The translations under genes and the position numbers were made by a program. 64,000 nucleotides of DNA from Mobula hypostoma (Eukaryota). The notes under the pieces were generated by a model. It saw only the letters and a list, made by a program, of their open reading frames with translations. It was not told where the DNA came from and did no database searches. The stretch lies in contig NC_086097.1 in assembly GCF_963921235.1 (NCBI RefSeq), positions 11,842,001 through 11,906,000 on the forward strand, read 5' to 3'. Shown here one piece after another: positions 23,791-36,787 of this stretch (position 1 is its first letter; each line of letters begins with the position of its first letter).

Positions 23791-24174
23791 ATCATCATCA
23801 TCATTATGTGCCGCATCATATGACATAGGCAATCATAGTCTTTCCATGACCATGATTGTTCTTGGCAAACTTTTCTTCAGAAGTAGTTTGCCATTACCTG
23901 ATCTGGACAGAGTATTTACAAGACAGTTGACCTCAGTCATCGTCAATACTCTTCAGAGGTTGTCTGCCTGGCATCAGTGGCCGCATAGCCTGCACTTGTG
24001 ATATGCACCAGCAGCTCATACGACCATCCATCGCCTGCTGCCATGGCTTCACGTGACCCGGATTGTGGGGTTAAACAAGTGCTACACCTTGCCCAAGGGT
24101 GACCTGCAGACTAGCAGAGTAAAGGAGCACTTTACACCTCCTTTGGGAGAGATGTATCTCCACCTTGCTACCCG
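23791..24174 (-). mobile_element. RTE/BovB-derived SINE (family 1)
   Basis: reverse complement of the 12552 and 27048 copies. Confidence 0.8.
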
Positions 24175-25527
24175 TATAATTTTATATGACCCATCAAATC
24201 TCCCCTCATGCTCCTACAGTCCAGAATCTCTGCTTATTCTCCTGCGCTCCAGTTGATATCCTCTTTCTAAAATGGGATGGGTGGATCTCACAGCAGGGTT
24301 TCATGGACTGCAGTGTGGAAGATCTGTGGTTGAAGGGTCAAAGTGGTCCAAGAGAGTTCAGGTGAAAGGGCGTTTGGTTAAAAGCAAACTTTAGAAACTG
24401 CAACACAAAGAGTTGAAGTCCGAGCACTGATATTGTCCTCGAGTCTGTGGAATAGGCTGAAACCTGCAAATTACTGATTTAGAAATGACAGGGCTATCAC
24501 TGAGCCAGCAGAATTAGATGATCACATAGTTCTTCTTTCTTTGGCCTTGTCCCAATCTGAAGCATTAATCCACAGGGCCAGTTGAGAACTGATGGAGCGT
24601 GCTGCCCAATCATTAGTACGTTCTCCTGTCTTCTGAATTGCCAAATTGGCTTTTCAACAACTAACAGCATCAACACATTCTTGGCAGTTTAACGTTGCAA
24701 CTTCACACTGCAACGACCAGTAAATGAATTCTGCTCATTGTCATTAAGCGAACTGAGTTCTGATCGTAAGTAGTTCCTCACTGCAGAAACAGTGCAATAA
24801 ATAATCCTCGCTTTTAATCAGTTTTATATTTGTGGGATTTACATCTGCGAACCACTGATAGCATTAGACTCTTCAAGTTAGTACTTTAGATATCACAGGG
24901 TTAAGTTACAGTGAGACCCGACAAGTTGTTGGTGCGCTAGCCATTGGTGAACCTAAAAGACAACTGTCCTTGGAGAAAATTTCCACTTTATTAAGCGAAC
25001 AGATAAGCAAAAATATTGGCATTAAATCTGTAAAATTGCTGTACTTGGTTGGTTGCTTCTCAAATGATTCCAAGATGAAATGAAACTATGGCATAGGATT
25101 CCTCTCTTCATGCTATGAATAATGTTTCTCATGTTTGTGCCATTTTATGAACAAAGTACTCATTGTCCAGCAGCTCCAGTGACAGGGCACCAGAATTACA
25201 ACCCAGGCACTGGGATGGAACATTGTGGGAGTTAATTGTACTCCTATCATATTGTGTTCTGCCAGCAGCTCATTTTCTTAAGTTCCCTGCTGATGAGTCC
25301 ATTTGATGTGAAGATAAAAGTAATTACTGTTGGATTACTGTTGGTGACATCAGAGGAGAACACTTAACACAGCAGCATGTTATTTCTCTCTCTGCTATTT
25401 TATCAGAGGTGGTAGCCCATTTAAAATAAACGGATTAATCCTGTTTAGGTAATGGACATGGGGGTGTCAGAAGGACACATTAAGTCTTCAACCACTGTCT
25501 TTGCCATGTTTAATTTCCAAGATTATG

Positions 25528-25795
25528 AGGCACCATGTAGCAGTTAGCTCGTGGCTATCCACAGTTCAGAGTTCAATTCTGCCACCGTCTGTAAGGAGTT
25601 TGTCCATTCTCCCTGTGAACCGCACGGGTGCTCTGGTTTCCTCCCACGTTCCAAAGACGTACTGGTTTGTAGGTTAATTGGTCATTGTAAATTGTCCTGT
25701 GGTTAGACTGGTGTTACACAAGTGTGTTGCTCTGTGGTGCAGCTCTTAGCCCCTAGAAGGGTCTGTCCACACTGTATCTCTAAATAAATAAACAA
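25528..25795 (+). mobile_element. V-SINE
   Basis: gggtgctctggtttcctcccac V-domain; ctgtatctctaaataaa tail. Confidence 0.8.
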
Positions 25796-26269
25796 ACAAA
25801 CTGATCTATATTTTGATTTAGCACACAAGTTGTTTTCTTCAGTTGTGTCCCAAGGCTGGGGAACACTAGAACATTGTCAGTCAGCAAACTATTCATCATT
25901 AAACGGAAAATTGGAAGGATAAAATCTTGTTTCAGATACCCTTATCATTCATATATACTGTGCCTCAAGCTAGAAAATTCATAGCCTATTGTACTGTTCA
26001 TCATATTACATATTATCCATGTTAATATTAGAGGAGGAAGATGAGACTTGAAAAAAGTATTGCTCGTTCTCATGAAAAATTAAAGGAATTTCTGTATTCA
26101 AAGCAAGCTCAAAAGAAACAGTTCACCCCAAGTAGCTTCCAGCTGCCACGCCCAAGCTGTCCAATTAGACGGCAGAGTGCTGACTGGGATATTGTTTTCT
26201 ACTGATTGTTTCCGGCTCTATCTCCTACAGCTTCTACAAAGCAAAGCCACTAAACTCACAGATGTGTGC

Positions 26270-26850
26270 TGGGGAGTGTATTGACTGGTTGCATCACAGC
26301 CTGGTACAGAAACACCAACGCCCTTGAACAGAAAGTCATACAAAGAGTAATGGATACGGCCCAGTCCATCACGGGTAAAGTTCTCCCTATCATTCAGCAC
26401 ATCTACTCAAAACATTGTCGCAGGAAAGCATCGTCCAGAGTCAGTGATCTCCACCATCTAGGCTGTACTCTCTTCTTGCTGCTGCCATCAGGAAAAAGGT
26501 ACAGGGGTCTCAGGACTCACACCATCTGGTTCAGGAACAGTTCCTACCCCTCAACCATCAGGCTCTTGAGCCAGAGGGGACCATTGAAATGTTCCCACTG
26601 CCTAAGGACTCACTTTCAAAGACTCTTCATCTTCTGCTCTCTATATTTATTACTTACTTATTTATTATTTATTATTTCTTTTTTTCAAGTGTATTTACAC
26701 AGTTTGTTCTCTTTTGCACACTGGATGAATGCCCAAGTTGGCGCAGTCTTTCATTGATTCTATTATGGCTATTTTTCTATTATGGCTCTCAGGGTTGTAT
26801 GTGGTGACATGTATGTACCTTGTTAATAAATTTACTTTAAACTTTGAACT
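26270..26850 (+). mobile_element. Rex1/Babar LINE 3' fragment
   Basis: ORF 26266-26757 SVLTGCITAWY..LLPSGKRYR..FRNSSYPSTIRLL; (tttgaac) tail. Confidence 0.85.
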
Positions 26851-27047
26851 TTATCTTGTATAAAAGCAAAGCAACTATTAAGAATTTATGGTCAATCTCC
26901 TCAAAAGGTAATGGTCCTCTGGAAGATAATATAGCTAATTGACAATTAGTTACTCTTATGATGGCAAGTGAGAGGCCTCATCTTTTCAGATAAATGCAGT
27001 AACTCCCAGTAGAGAACACCACTATCTTTTGAGCTCCTATCACTCTT

Positions 27048-27400
27048 GGGTGGCGGGGTGGAGATATGAGTCTGACAAAGGAGGTGTGAGGTGTTCCTTC
27101 CCTCTGCAAGCATGCAGGTAACCCTTGGGCAAGTTGTAGCACTTACTTAGCCCCCCAATCAGGGTCATGTGAAGCCATGGGAACAGGTGGTGGGTGGTCA
27201 TATGAGCAACTGGTGCATATCATAAAGTCCTGTTATGCGACCACTGACACCAAACAATCTATGAAGAGTATTGATAATGTTACCCATCTTGTAAAGACAC
27301 TGCCCAGAAGAAGGCAATGGAAAGCCACTTCTGTAGAAAAATTTGCCAAGAACAATCATGGTCATGATCACCCATGTCACACAACATGGCACATGATGAA
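27048..27400 (+). mobile_element. RTE/BovB-derived SINE (family 1), followed by a short tandem repeat (27401-27452)
   Basis: same sequence as the other copies; taatactctgttca repeated about 3.5 times. Confidence 0.8.
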
Positions 27401-27887
27401 CATAATACTCTGTTCATTACTCTGTTCATAATACTCTGTTTATAATACTCTGAAAACCCTGGGAACTATAGACCAGGAGTTTTACGAGCGTTGCAAGGAA
27501 ATTGCTGGAGAAAATTCTTAGGGATAGGATATATGATCATTTGGAAACCCTTTGCTTAATTAGAGAAAGACAGCATGGCTTTGGGTGTGGCATGTTGTGC
27601 CTTACCAACTTGACTGAGTTTTTTGACAAGGTGATGAGAAAGATTGATGAAGGTAGGGCAGTAGATGCTGTCTATATGAATTCTAGTAGGGTGTTTGTCA
27701 AAGTCCTTTATGGGAGACTAGGCCAGAGGATTAAGATGCATGGGATTCATGGTGAATTGGTTGTTTGGATTCAGGACTGGCTTGCACGTAGATGACAGAG
27801 GGTAGTGTTTGGAGGCACTTATTTGAGCTAGAGGTCTATACTTAGTGGAGTTCCACAGGGATCTGTGCTGGGTCCTCTGCTGCTTGT

Positions 27888-28793
27888 AAAGTAAAGAATT
27901 GAAAATACACGTGGTCTAAGATGTTAACTGTCCTGTGCTATCACCAGTGGGATCATCAGTTGATCTGCCACCTGTCTTCAGGAGTTTCGGCCCGCTTATG
28001 ACCAAGACTCCCTCGAGGTGGTGGGCCAGCAGTGCTAAAGCACCGCCTCCCACTGGTGAGCTTAAAAACTTGGCATCTGCCTCTATCAGAGTTGTTGGTC
28101 GCTTCCATCCAACAGATAGCCTACTCTTCAGGTGTTTATGCAAATACTGAAGGGTTTGCAAAAGATGTCTAACTATCTGCCCCTCTGGACGTACTTGGTC
28201 CACACCCATGCTGATCCTGTCTCTGCTGCCTCAGCTACAGTCCTGCTGGTTGACTTGATCTCTCTTCTAGTGAAGCCAAGGTCACGCAGCCACTTCTGGA
28301 AAGTGAACATAATAAACCCACGGCAACCAGCTTCGAATGGATAGCATGAGACCTTCCAGCCTCTGTCTCTGCACTCTGATCTTAATTCTGCATACTTGAT
28401 TAACTTGTGCTCATGGGCTTCATCAATGTTGTCTTTCCAGGGGACCGTGTGTTCACCAATAACCACTTCTCTACTGGTGTCAGACCATACGATTATATCT
28501 AGGCGCAATGTGGTGAAAGCTATTTGCTCCGGGAAACTGCCTTTCCCAACTAGGTAGGCCTAGACACACCAATAATTGGCTGAAGAAAGTATGCCTGATC
28601 GTGGGCCTGCGCTGTACACCCTTGACTTGGACCCTTCTTTCACAAATGGTATGCGATGTTCTGTGCAGCATGGGGCATGAGATAAGTTGTGCTGCAGTAT
28701 CTCTGCTCAACAGCTTCTGTTACATGTTTGAGAACATTGTTACGTCTCCAAGTGTACATGTCGCTGGAAAGATTGACTTTGCATGCACTCGAG
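27888..28793 (-). mobile_element. HERO-clade (R2 group) non-LTR retrotransposon 3' fragment with restriction-like endonuclease
   Basis: ACKVNLSSDMYTWRRNNVL (zinc-knuckle/RHN region), then ORF 28173-28508 RLDIIVWS..GEHTVPW..AHEHK..KY..GW..PFEAGCRGF..AE..S.WVW.K; 3'UTR follows. Confidence 0.85.
27947..28021 (-). ncRNA. Candidate permuted (pseudoknotted) hammerhead-like ribozyme with kink-turn in the HERO 3'UTR
   Basis: CCACCU C GA GGGAGU C UUGGUC AUAA GCGGG CC GAA ACUCCU GAA GA C AGGUGG CA GAUCAA CUGAUGA U CCCAC; stems I and III and the k-turn pair by eye, stem II imperfect. Confidence 0.5.
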
Positions 28794-30069
28794 GTATATA
28801 AATGACTTGGATAAAAATGTAGATGGGTAGGTTGGTAAGTTTGTGGATGATATCAAGATCAGTGGAGTTGTGGATAGTGTAGAAGACTAGCAAAGAGTAT
28901 AGCATGATATAGACCAGATGTGGATATGGACTGAGAAATGGGAGATGGAACTTAACCCAGATAAATGTGAGGTGTTGCACCTCAGCAGGGAAATGCAAGG
29001 AGACGGTACACTGTTAAGGGCAAAATCCTTAACAGTGTTGTTGAGCAGAGATATCTTGGGATTGAAATTCATAGCTCCTTGTAAGTGGTTACACAGGTCG
29101 ATAAAGTGGTTAAGAAGGCTTATGGAATACTTGTTTTTATTAGTCAAGGCGTTGAGTTGAAAAGTCAGGAGGCTATGTTCCAACTTTATAAAACTCTGGT
29201 TAGGTCATATCTGGAGTATAACCTACAGTTCTGGTTGCCCCACCATAGGAAGTATGTTGAGTCTTTGGACAATGTGCAGAGGACGTTCCAGAAGGTTGCT
29301 GCCTGGTTTAGAGGGCATGTGCTATCACGAGAGGCTGGATAAACTTGAGTTGTTTTCTCTGGAGCATCAGGGGCTGAGGGGAGATCTGATAGAGGTTTAC
29401 AAGATCATGAGAGGCAGAGATAGAGTGGGCAAAGAGTATCTGTTCCCAGTGTTGATATGTCTAATACCATAGGGCATGCATTGAAGGTGAGAGGGGGTAG
29501 GTTCAAGATGGATGAGAAAGGTAAGTTTTTTTACTCAAAGAGTGGTGGATGCCTAGAATGTGCTGCCTGGTATGGTGGTAGAGGCAAATACATGAGAGGC
29601 TTTTAAGAGTTATCTAGATAGGCAATGAATATAAGAAAGATGGAGGGATCTGGGCATGGTATATGTAGAAGGGATTAGCAATTGGGATGTTTTTGATTTG
29701 CTTTTAGCTGGTTCAGCACAACATTGTGGGCCGAATGGTCTGTTCCTGTGTTGTAATATTCTATGGTCTATGTTCTACGTCTATGCATTGTGTCAGTCTG
29801 CATGTAGTGCACATTCTTAATTCCCAATGAAGAATCTACCCTTGTTACTGGATAAAAAGATCTTGTATACTTTCAGTCTATCTTTGAATAATACTGAAAG
29901 ATTCTGAATGAAAATAAGATGTAAAAATTGCAATTAAATTTGACATAAAACACAGAAGTGCTGGATGACCCAAAGAGGTCATGAAATATTGGTGGCAGAA
30001 ACTGATGTCTCTAGCAGACATAGTAGCATTTACAAATAATAACTATGCTCAGTTTGGTAATGGTTATTT

Positions 30070-30410
30070 TAAGACCAGACTCAAAAACAGTTACTTTCCC
30101 CAAGCAATGTCTAATCAACACCTCCATCCACTGAACAACCCCTCCACAATCCACACCACCACTACTTTATCACTTCCTGCTAAAGTCACTTTATGTACAG
30201 ACACTGCTGTACCTAACATCGCTTTATGTATAGAATCAGTCTATGTATATAAGCTACCTTATGAATTTATATTAATTGTGATTTTTAATTATTGTGTTCT
30301 TTATCTTATTGTGTTTCTGTGCTGCATCAGAACTGACGTAACAACTATTTCATTCTACTTTGCACTTGTGTACTGGAAATTAAAATAAACAATACTAAAC
30401 TTTAGATCTT
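30070..30410 (+). mobile_element. Rex1/Babar 3' end
   Basis: KTRLKNSYFPQA plus 3'UTR. Confidence 0.7.
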
Positions 30411-30549
30411 AGAAGTTTACTTTTGGATATTTCTGTCAAGGCTGGCAATTAATGACCATGTTTAATTGCTTTGGAGAAGGTAGGGTGAGCTTCCCTTTTG
30501 AACAGATACAGCCCTTCCAGTCACTGTACTTCAGTAAAATTATTTCTAG

Positions 30550-31075
30550 TTCAAGTTAAAGTTTATCGTCATCTGACTGTACATACGCACAACCAAACAG
30601 AACAACGTTCCGCTGGACCTCAGTGCACCCACAGTACATTTATCACATAGAGCAAATGAAACAAAATATTGCCAAGTTAATAAAATAGAACTCAAAATGC
30701 ACGTGAAGTGTGCAGCACAGGTAAACAGTAAACAGCCCAGTAAACTGTAAGCAGCTCACTGGCCCAGTGACGAGACCTTGTTGGTGGCAGGGTATTCTTT
30801 AGTCTTATGGCCTGAGGGAAGAAGCTGTTTTCTCCTCTGGCACTCTTAGTCTTGATGCTCCTGTCCCTCCTTTGTGATTGATAGAGGGTTAAAGAGATAG
30901 CGGGATGGTTGATAGGCATCTTCAACAATGCTTCAGGTCTTTCGTATCCAACATTTCGGTAAAACTCAGAAACATGGGGTAGAAAGGCCGCAGTGATCCT
31001 CTTGGTGGTTTGTACTATCCTCTGTAGGGTCTTGTAGTCCGATGCCCTGTGGCTTCCATACCACGCAATGATTTA
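30550..31075 (-). mobile_element. Rex1/Babar 3' fragment
   Basis: ORF 30692-30928 ..ENSFFPQAIRL. Confidence 0.7.
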
Positions 31076-32074
31076 GTAGAGCGTCTGGACCTACACAGAG
31101 TGACAACAAAGGAAAAAGCAACCTACTTCTGAATCAGAATTGTATTCAGCTTGGAAGAGACTTATCCAAGTGTTGTTGGTTTTGTTTATCTGCTCTCCTT
31201 GTCCTTGTTGATGGTAGTCCTCTCCATTTCTCTCTGTATGTTTGCTGCCTGACCTGCTGTATCTTTGCAAGGTTTTCTGTTCGTACTTGAGGCCTTCATT
31301 TTTGTATTAAATCCTGAGGCTTTCATACATATAAATCCAAAAAGTACAATCCGACTGATCTAAAGATGATAAATGAGCCTTTGAGCTTTGAGTAAATGCC
31401 TTCATTGCCTGGTGTACTGTGTACAGTTCTGGTTTCCTTACTTGAAGAACGTCATACTGGCATTGGAGGCAGTGCAGAGGAGGTTCACCAGATTGCTTCC
31501 AGAAATGAGAGATTGAATCACCTGGGACTGTGAATAAACTCACTGGAGAGACACTGAAGCTGGTGGATATAGAAGTCATTATTCAGCACACAAGCAGGCA
31601 TTTTACTCTTGGAAGAAGAGGCTTCCTGAACTCAAAGTACACCACATTTTATACCCTTAAGATCAATGGTAACTCAATGCAGTTTCAATGGTTACAATTA
31701 TATCATTTACTTCAATAATTTGGGTTGACAATGCTTCATTTAAGCTACTGGTACACATAATTTTAAAACATATAAATCTTCACACCAACACTCCAGACAC
31801 CCCAGATTGAATGTTTATCACCATTGTCTCTCTAGCTGCATTTATGCATATGCAGAAATCTCAGTTGAGTGGGTGTTTCCTGGTTTACAATCCACATCCG
31901 TCTGCAGCTCCAGGAAGACCATGGTTCAGAGCTGCATTTTAAATTCATCCTACAGGTCCACATTCAGAGCTGAAAGCTGGTAGCTGTTGAAGTTAATCTT
32001 GCTAGACACCATAACTCCAGAATACGCCCTAACATTCAATACAAGTCAGGCGGGTGGTTGGGGGAGGTTCTTCT

Positions 32075-32455
32075 GGAAATATATAATACTATGAAAGGTA
32101 TAGATAAGATAGAGGCAGGAAAGTTGTTTCCACTGGTAAATGAGACTAGAACTAGGAGATATAGCCTCAAGATTTGGAGGTGGGGGGCTGGATAGATTTA
32201 GGACAGGGATAAGTAGAAACATTTTTCCCAGAGAGTAGAGAATCTGTGGAATGTTCTGCCCAGGGAAGCTGTAGAGGCTACTACATTAAATGTATTTAAG
32301 ACACTGTTTTTGCATAGCAGGGGATTTAAGGGTTAAGGAGAAATGCTAGCTCGATCTGAGTCCACACACGGATCAGGCACGATCTTATTGATTGGCAGAG
32401 CTAGCTCAATGGGCCAGATGGCTGACTCATACTCCTATTTCTCATACTCTTATGA
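32075..32455 (+). mobile_element. CR1 3' fragment
   Basis: ETRTRRYSLK..FSQRVENLWNVLP plus 3'UTR. Confidence 0.75.
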
Positions 32456-32849
32456 TCTGCTATTAAGTTGACAAGGTAGCCCAGTGACACAAAGGGTGTG
32501 TTACATAAAAGGAAACTATGTCAGGTCATTAAATGTATTTAATATTCTAGTATGAATAGATTTGCTATTTCATGTCCATTAGGGGAAATGTCTGCTAAAT
32601 CCATCACAACATGTATCCTTTCAAAGAAGCATCACATAGTAACATACACAAATGAGATGCTAATACATTAATGCATTCTACAGAGCTGTTCAAATAATAT
32701 GGAGGAAACTTAAGCAATTTAATTCTTTAGAAGTGATTTTTGTGCCAATCTGTATCATTTTTCGAACGTTGCTCTTGCTTATCTGCCAAGGATAGGCAAG
32801 AGGTGGAGAAACTCAGAATAATGTGTTCAGTCATTTATTTTTATTTTAT

Positions 32850-33140
32850 TTTATTTAGAGATACAGTACAGAACCGACCCTTCTGGCTCAATGAGATACA
32901 CCCCCCAGCAAACCCACCTATTTAACCCTAGCCTAATCACAGGACAATGTACAATGACCAATTAACCTACTAACCGGTACGCCTTTGGGCTTTGGGAGGA
33001 AACCAGAGCACCCAAAGGAAACCCACGTGTTCATGGGGAGGACGTACAAACTCCATACCGATGTCGCTAGAATCAACCTCTGAACTCTAACGTCCTGAGC
33101 TGTGATAGTGTCATGCTAACCGTTCTGCTCCGGTGGTGCG
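32850..33140 (-). mobile_element. V-SINE
   Basis: tttatttagagatacag...gggaggaaaccagagcaccc. Confidence 0.8.
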
Positions 33141-33142
33141 CC

Positions 33143-33660
33143 CAAGTTCTGGTTGCCTCATTATGGGAAGGATGAGGATGATTTAGAGAGGGTGTAGAGG
33201 AGATTTACCAGGATGCTGCTTGGATTAGAAAGCATGTCTTCTGAGAATAGGCTGAGCAAGCTAGGGCTTCTCTCTTTAGAGTGAAGGAGGATGAGGCATG
33301 GCTTGATAGAGGTGTACAGAATGATAAGAGGCACAGGTTAAGTAGATAGCCTGAGACTTTTACCCAGGACTGAAGTGGCTAATACAAAGAGGCATAACTT
33401 TAAGGTGTTGAGAGAAAAGTCTAGGGGAATATCATAGATGGTTCTTTTACACAGAGAGTGGTAGATGTGTGGACCATGCTGCCAGCAGTGGTGGTAGAGG
33501 CAGATTCAGTAGGGAGATTTAAGAAACTTAGTTAGGCACCTGGATGAAAGAAGAATGGAGGGATATGTGGAAACAAAGAGTTAGATTGATCTTAGAGTTG
33601 GTTAAAAGATTGGAACAACTTTGTGGGCCAAAGGGCATGTTCTGTACTGTAATGTTCTAA
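33143..33660 (+). mobile_element. CR1 3' fragment
   Basis: ttctggttgcctcattatgggaaggatg...ttttacacagagagtggtagatgtgtgg. Confidence 0.8.
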
Positions 33661-33944
33661 CTTGTGGGAGAAATGAAATTGTGCCTTACCTTTGTCCAGG
33701 TCCTGTCGCCTCAGTACTCATGTGTGTTTTTCATTGATGTTGGTTCCCAAAGTTCTGATAGTATGGGATCTGGTGGTAATGCCAGAGTTTAGTAATCCAG
33801 TTCTCTCTTGCAGACGATCATTATCTAACATTTGTGTGAGAAAACGTTTCTTCTCGCTTATCAGTTTATGCTTAAATGTTGTTGTGATCTTGATGCATAT
33901 ATTTTTTTTATGAACAATCATTTAATCTGGATGAGTATGTTTAT

Positions 33945-35757
33945 TTTAGGGGCAAAGAGACAAGTTCAAGTGAGGTTGGAAGGGACATTAGATGCACAAC
34001 TATTCTGGCAGGGTTTGCAAGACATTACTTCCTACAAAGCGAAACCCAATAGCATGAGTGGCAGTGATGCTTCACTACCAGATAAACTCAACTCTTTCTA
34101 TGCCTGCTTTGAAAGGGAGAATATAACTACAGCTGTGAAGACCCCTGCTGCACCTGGTGACCCTGTGGTCTCTGTCTAGGAAGCTAATGTTAGGCTGTCT
34201 TTAAAGAGGGTGAACCCTCACAAGGTGGAAGGCCACGATGGAGTACCTGGTAAGGCTTTAAAAACTTGTGCCAACCAACTGGCGGGAGTATTCAAGGACA
34301 TTTTCAACCTTTCACTGCTATGGGCAGAAGTTCCCACTTGCTTCAAATAGGCAACAATTATACCAGTGCCTTAGAAGAATAGTGTGAGCTGTCTTAATGA
34401 CTATTGCCCAGTAGTACTCACATCTACGGTGATGAAATGCTTTGAGAGGCTGATCATGACTAGACTGAACTCCTGCCTCAGCAAGGATCCACTGCAATTT
34501 GCCAATTGCCACAATAGGTCAACAGCAGACGCAATCTCAATTGCTCTCCACACAGCCTTAGACCACCTGGACAATACAAGCACCCATGTCAGGGTGCTGT
34601 TCATCGACTATAGCTCAGAATTTAATACAATCGTTCCCACAATCCTGATTAATAAGTTACAGAATGTGGGCCTTTGTACCTCCTTTTTCAATTGGATCCT
34701 CGACTTCCTAACCGGAAGACCACGGTCTGTTCTGATTACTGATAATATCTCCTCCTCGCTGATGATCAGCACTGACCTCAGGGGTGTGTGCTTAGCCCAC
34801 TGCTCTACTCTCTCGATACCCATGACGGTGTGGCTAGGCATAGCTGAAATACCATCCATAAATCTGCTGATGATACAACCGTTGTTGGTAGAATCTCAGA
34901 TGGAAATGAGAGGGTGTACATAAACGAAATATATCAACTAGTAGAGTGGAGCTGCAGAAACAAATTGCACTCAACGTCAGTACAGCAAAAGAGCTGACTG
35001 TGGACTTCAAGAATGGTCAGACAAAGGAACACATACCAATCCTCATGGAGGGAACAGAAGTGGAGAACAGGAGCAATTTCAAGTTCCTGGATGTCAAGAT
35101 CTCTGAGGACCTAACCTGGTCCCAACATATTGATGCAGCTATAAAGAAGGCAAGACAGCGAATACGCTTCATTAGGAGTTTGAAGAGATTTGGCATGTCA
35201 ACAAGAACAGTCAAAAACTTCTATAGATGTACTGTGAGGAGTGTTCTGACAGGCTGCATCACTGTCTGCTATGTGGGGGCAACTGCACAGGACCGAAAGA
35301 AGCTGCAGAAGATTGTAAATCTAGTCAGCTCCATCTTGGGCACTAGCCTACAAAGTACCCAGGACATCTTCAGGGTGCAGTGTCTCAGAAAGGCAGTATC
35401 CATTATTAAGGACCTCCAGCACCCAGGGCATGTCCTTTTCTCACTGTTACCATCAAGTGGGAGGTACAGAAACCTGAAGGCACACGCTCAGCGATTCAGG
35501 TACAGCTTCTTCCCCTCTGCCATCCATTTTCTAAATGGGCATTAAACACATGAACACTACTTCACATTTTAATATACATTATTTCTGTTTTTTCATGATT
35601 TTTAATCTATTCACTATACATATACTGTAATTTATTTACTTATATATTTATTTTTACTTTTTTTCTTCCATATTATGTATGCATTGAACTGCTGCTCGTA
35701 AGTTAACAAATTTCATGACACGTGCTGATGATAATAAACCTGTTTCTGAATTTGATC
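33945..35757 (+). mobile_element. Rex1/Babar LINE, RT region to 3' end, disrupted
   Basis: ORFs 34384-34923 (CLNDYCPVVLTS..DPLQFA..RSTADAI..LFIDYSSEFNTI..WILDFLT) and 34946-35545. Confidence 0.9.
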
Positions 35758-35809
35758 CTGAGTGAACTAGGGCTTTTCTCTTTGAAGCAAGGGTGGATGA
35801 GCGGTTTAA

Positions 35810-36225
35810 AGTTCAAAGTTCAAAGTAAGTTTATTATCAAAGTACATATACATCACCTGAGATTAATTTTATTGCAGGCATACTCAATAAATCTAATCAA
35901 GTAACTAATAGAATCAATGAAGGACCGTACCAACAGGGCAGACAACCCCAGTGTGCAAAAGACAACAAATTGTGTGAATACAAAAAGGAAGAAATAATAA
36001 TAATGAATAAATAAGCAATAAATGTCAAGAACGTGAGATGAAGAGTCCTTGAAAACCAGTTCATAGTTTGTGGGAAGACAGCAAGTGAAATCGAATGAAG
36101 TTATTCCATCTTTTTCAAGAGCCTGATTGTTGACGGGGTAATAACTGCTCTTAAACCATGTGGTGTGAGTCCTGAGGCTCCTGTACCTTCTTCCAGATGG
36201 CAGCTGTGAGAAGAGCGCATGACAT
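35810..36225 (-). mobile_element. Rex1/Babar 3' end inserted in a CR1 remnant
   Basis: aagttcaaagttcaaag tail; gtacctt cttccagatggcagc (LPSGRRY, antisense). Confidence 0.7.
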
Positions 36226-36787
36226 TAGGGCAACAGTGACTAATACCAGAGGACATCCTTTATAGGGTGGGTGGAGGAACATTCCGGGAAGATTTTAGAG
36301 TCGTGTTTTTTTTATATATGCAGAGAGTGGAGGTTCTTGGAATGTGCTGCCAGAGTTCGTAGTAGAGGCTGACATTAGGGACATTAGTGCACAGATGAAA
36401 GAAAAATGGAGGGTTATGGGTTACGTAGAAGAGAAGGGTTAGATTGATTGTAATTTAGTTTCAAATGTTGGCAGAACATCTTGGGCCAATGGGCCTGTAC
36501 TGTACTGTAGTGTTTGATGTTTTCTGAGGAATTATACATTAGAATTGCACATTTTGCTATCATCAACAAATATTCCCACTCTGGTCTGATGCTGTAAAGA
36601 AGATCTTCGATGAAGTAGTTGAGCATATCTGTGTCCCAGACACCGCCTACTCAGAATTGTTCTGGGATTGAGATGATTGACCTCCAACCTGCATAAAGAT
36701 CTTGCTTTGCAGAAAGAATGACTAAATCATTTATTAGTTAGTGCAAAAAGACGTTTTGCAGGATTGAAGACTTCTTTAGCACTCATA

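Larger units (their letters stand above)
27452..29778 (+). mobile_element. Decayed CR1 LINE split by a HERO insertion
   Basis: ORF 27502-27795 (QHGF..CLTNLTEFFD); breaks after GSVLGPLL at 27887 and resumes YINDLD at 28794. Confidence 0.88.

Noticed and set aside
27048..27157. HDV-like ribozyme at the 5' end of RTE-SINE family 1 (GGGUGGC/GUCACCC helix, GGGCAA, P4-like hairpin)
   Set aside because: I could not build a canonical P3/L3/P1.1 or a C-N-R-A J4/2. It is structured, but not supportable as a ribozyme by eye.
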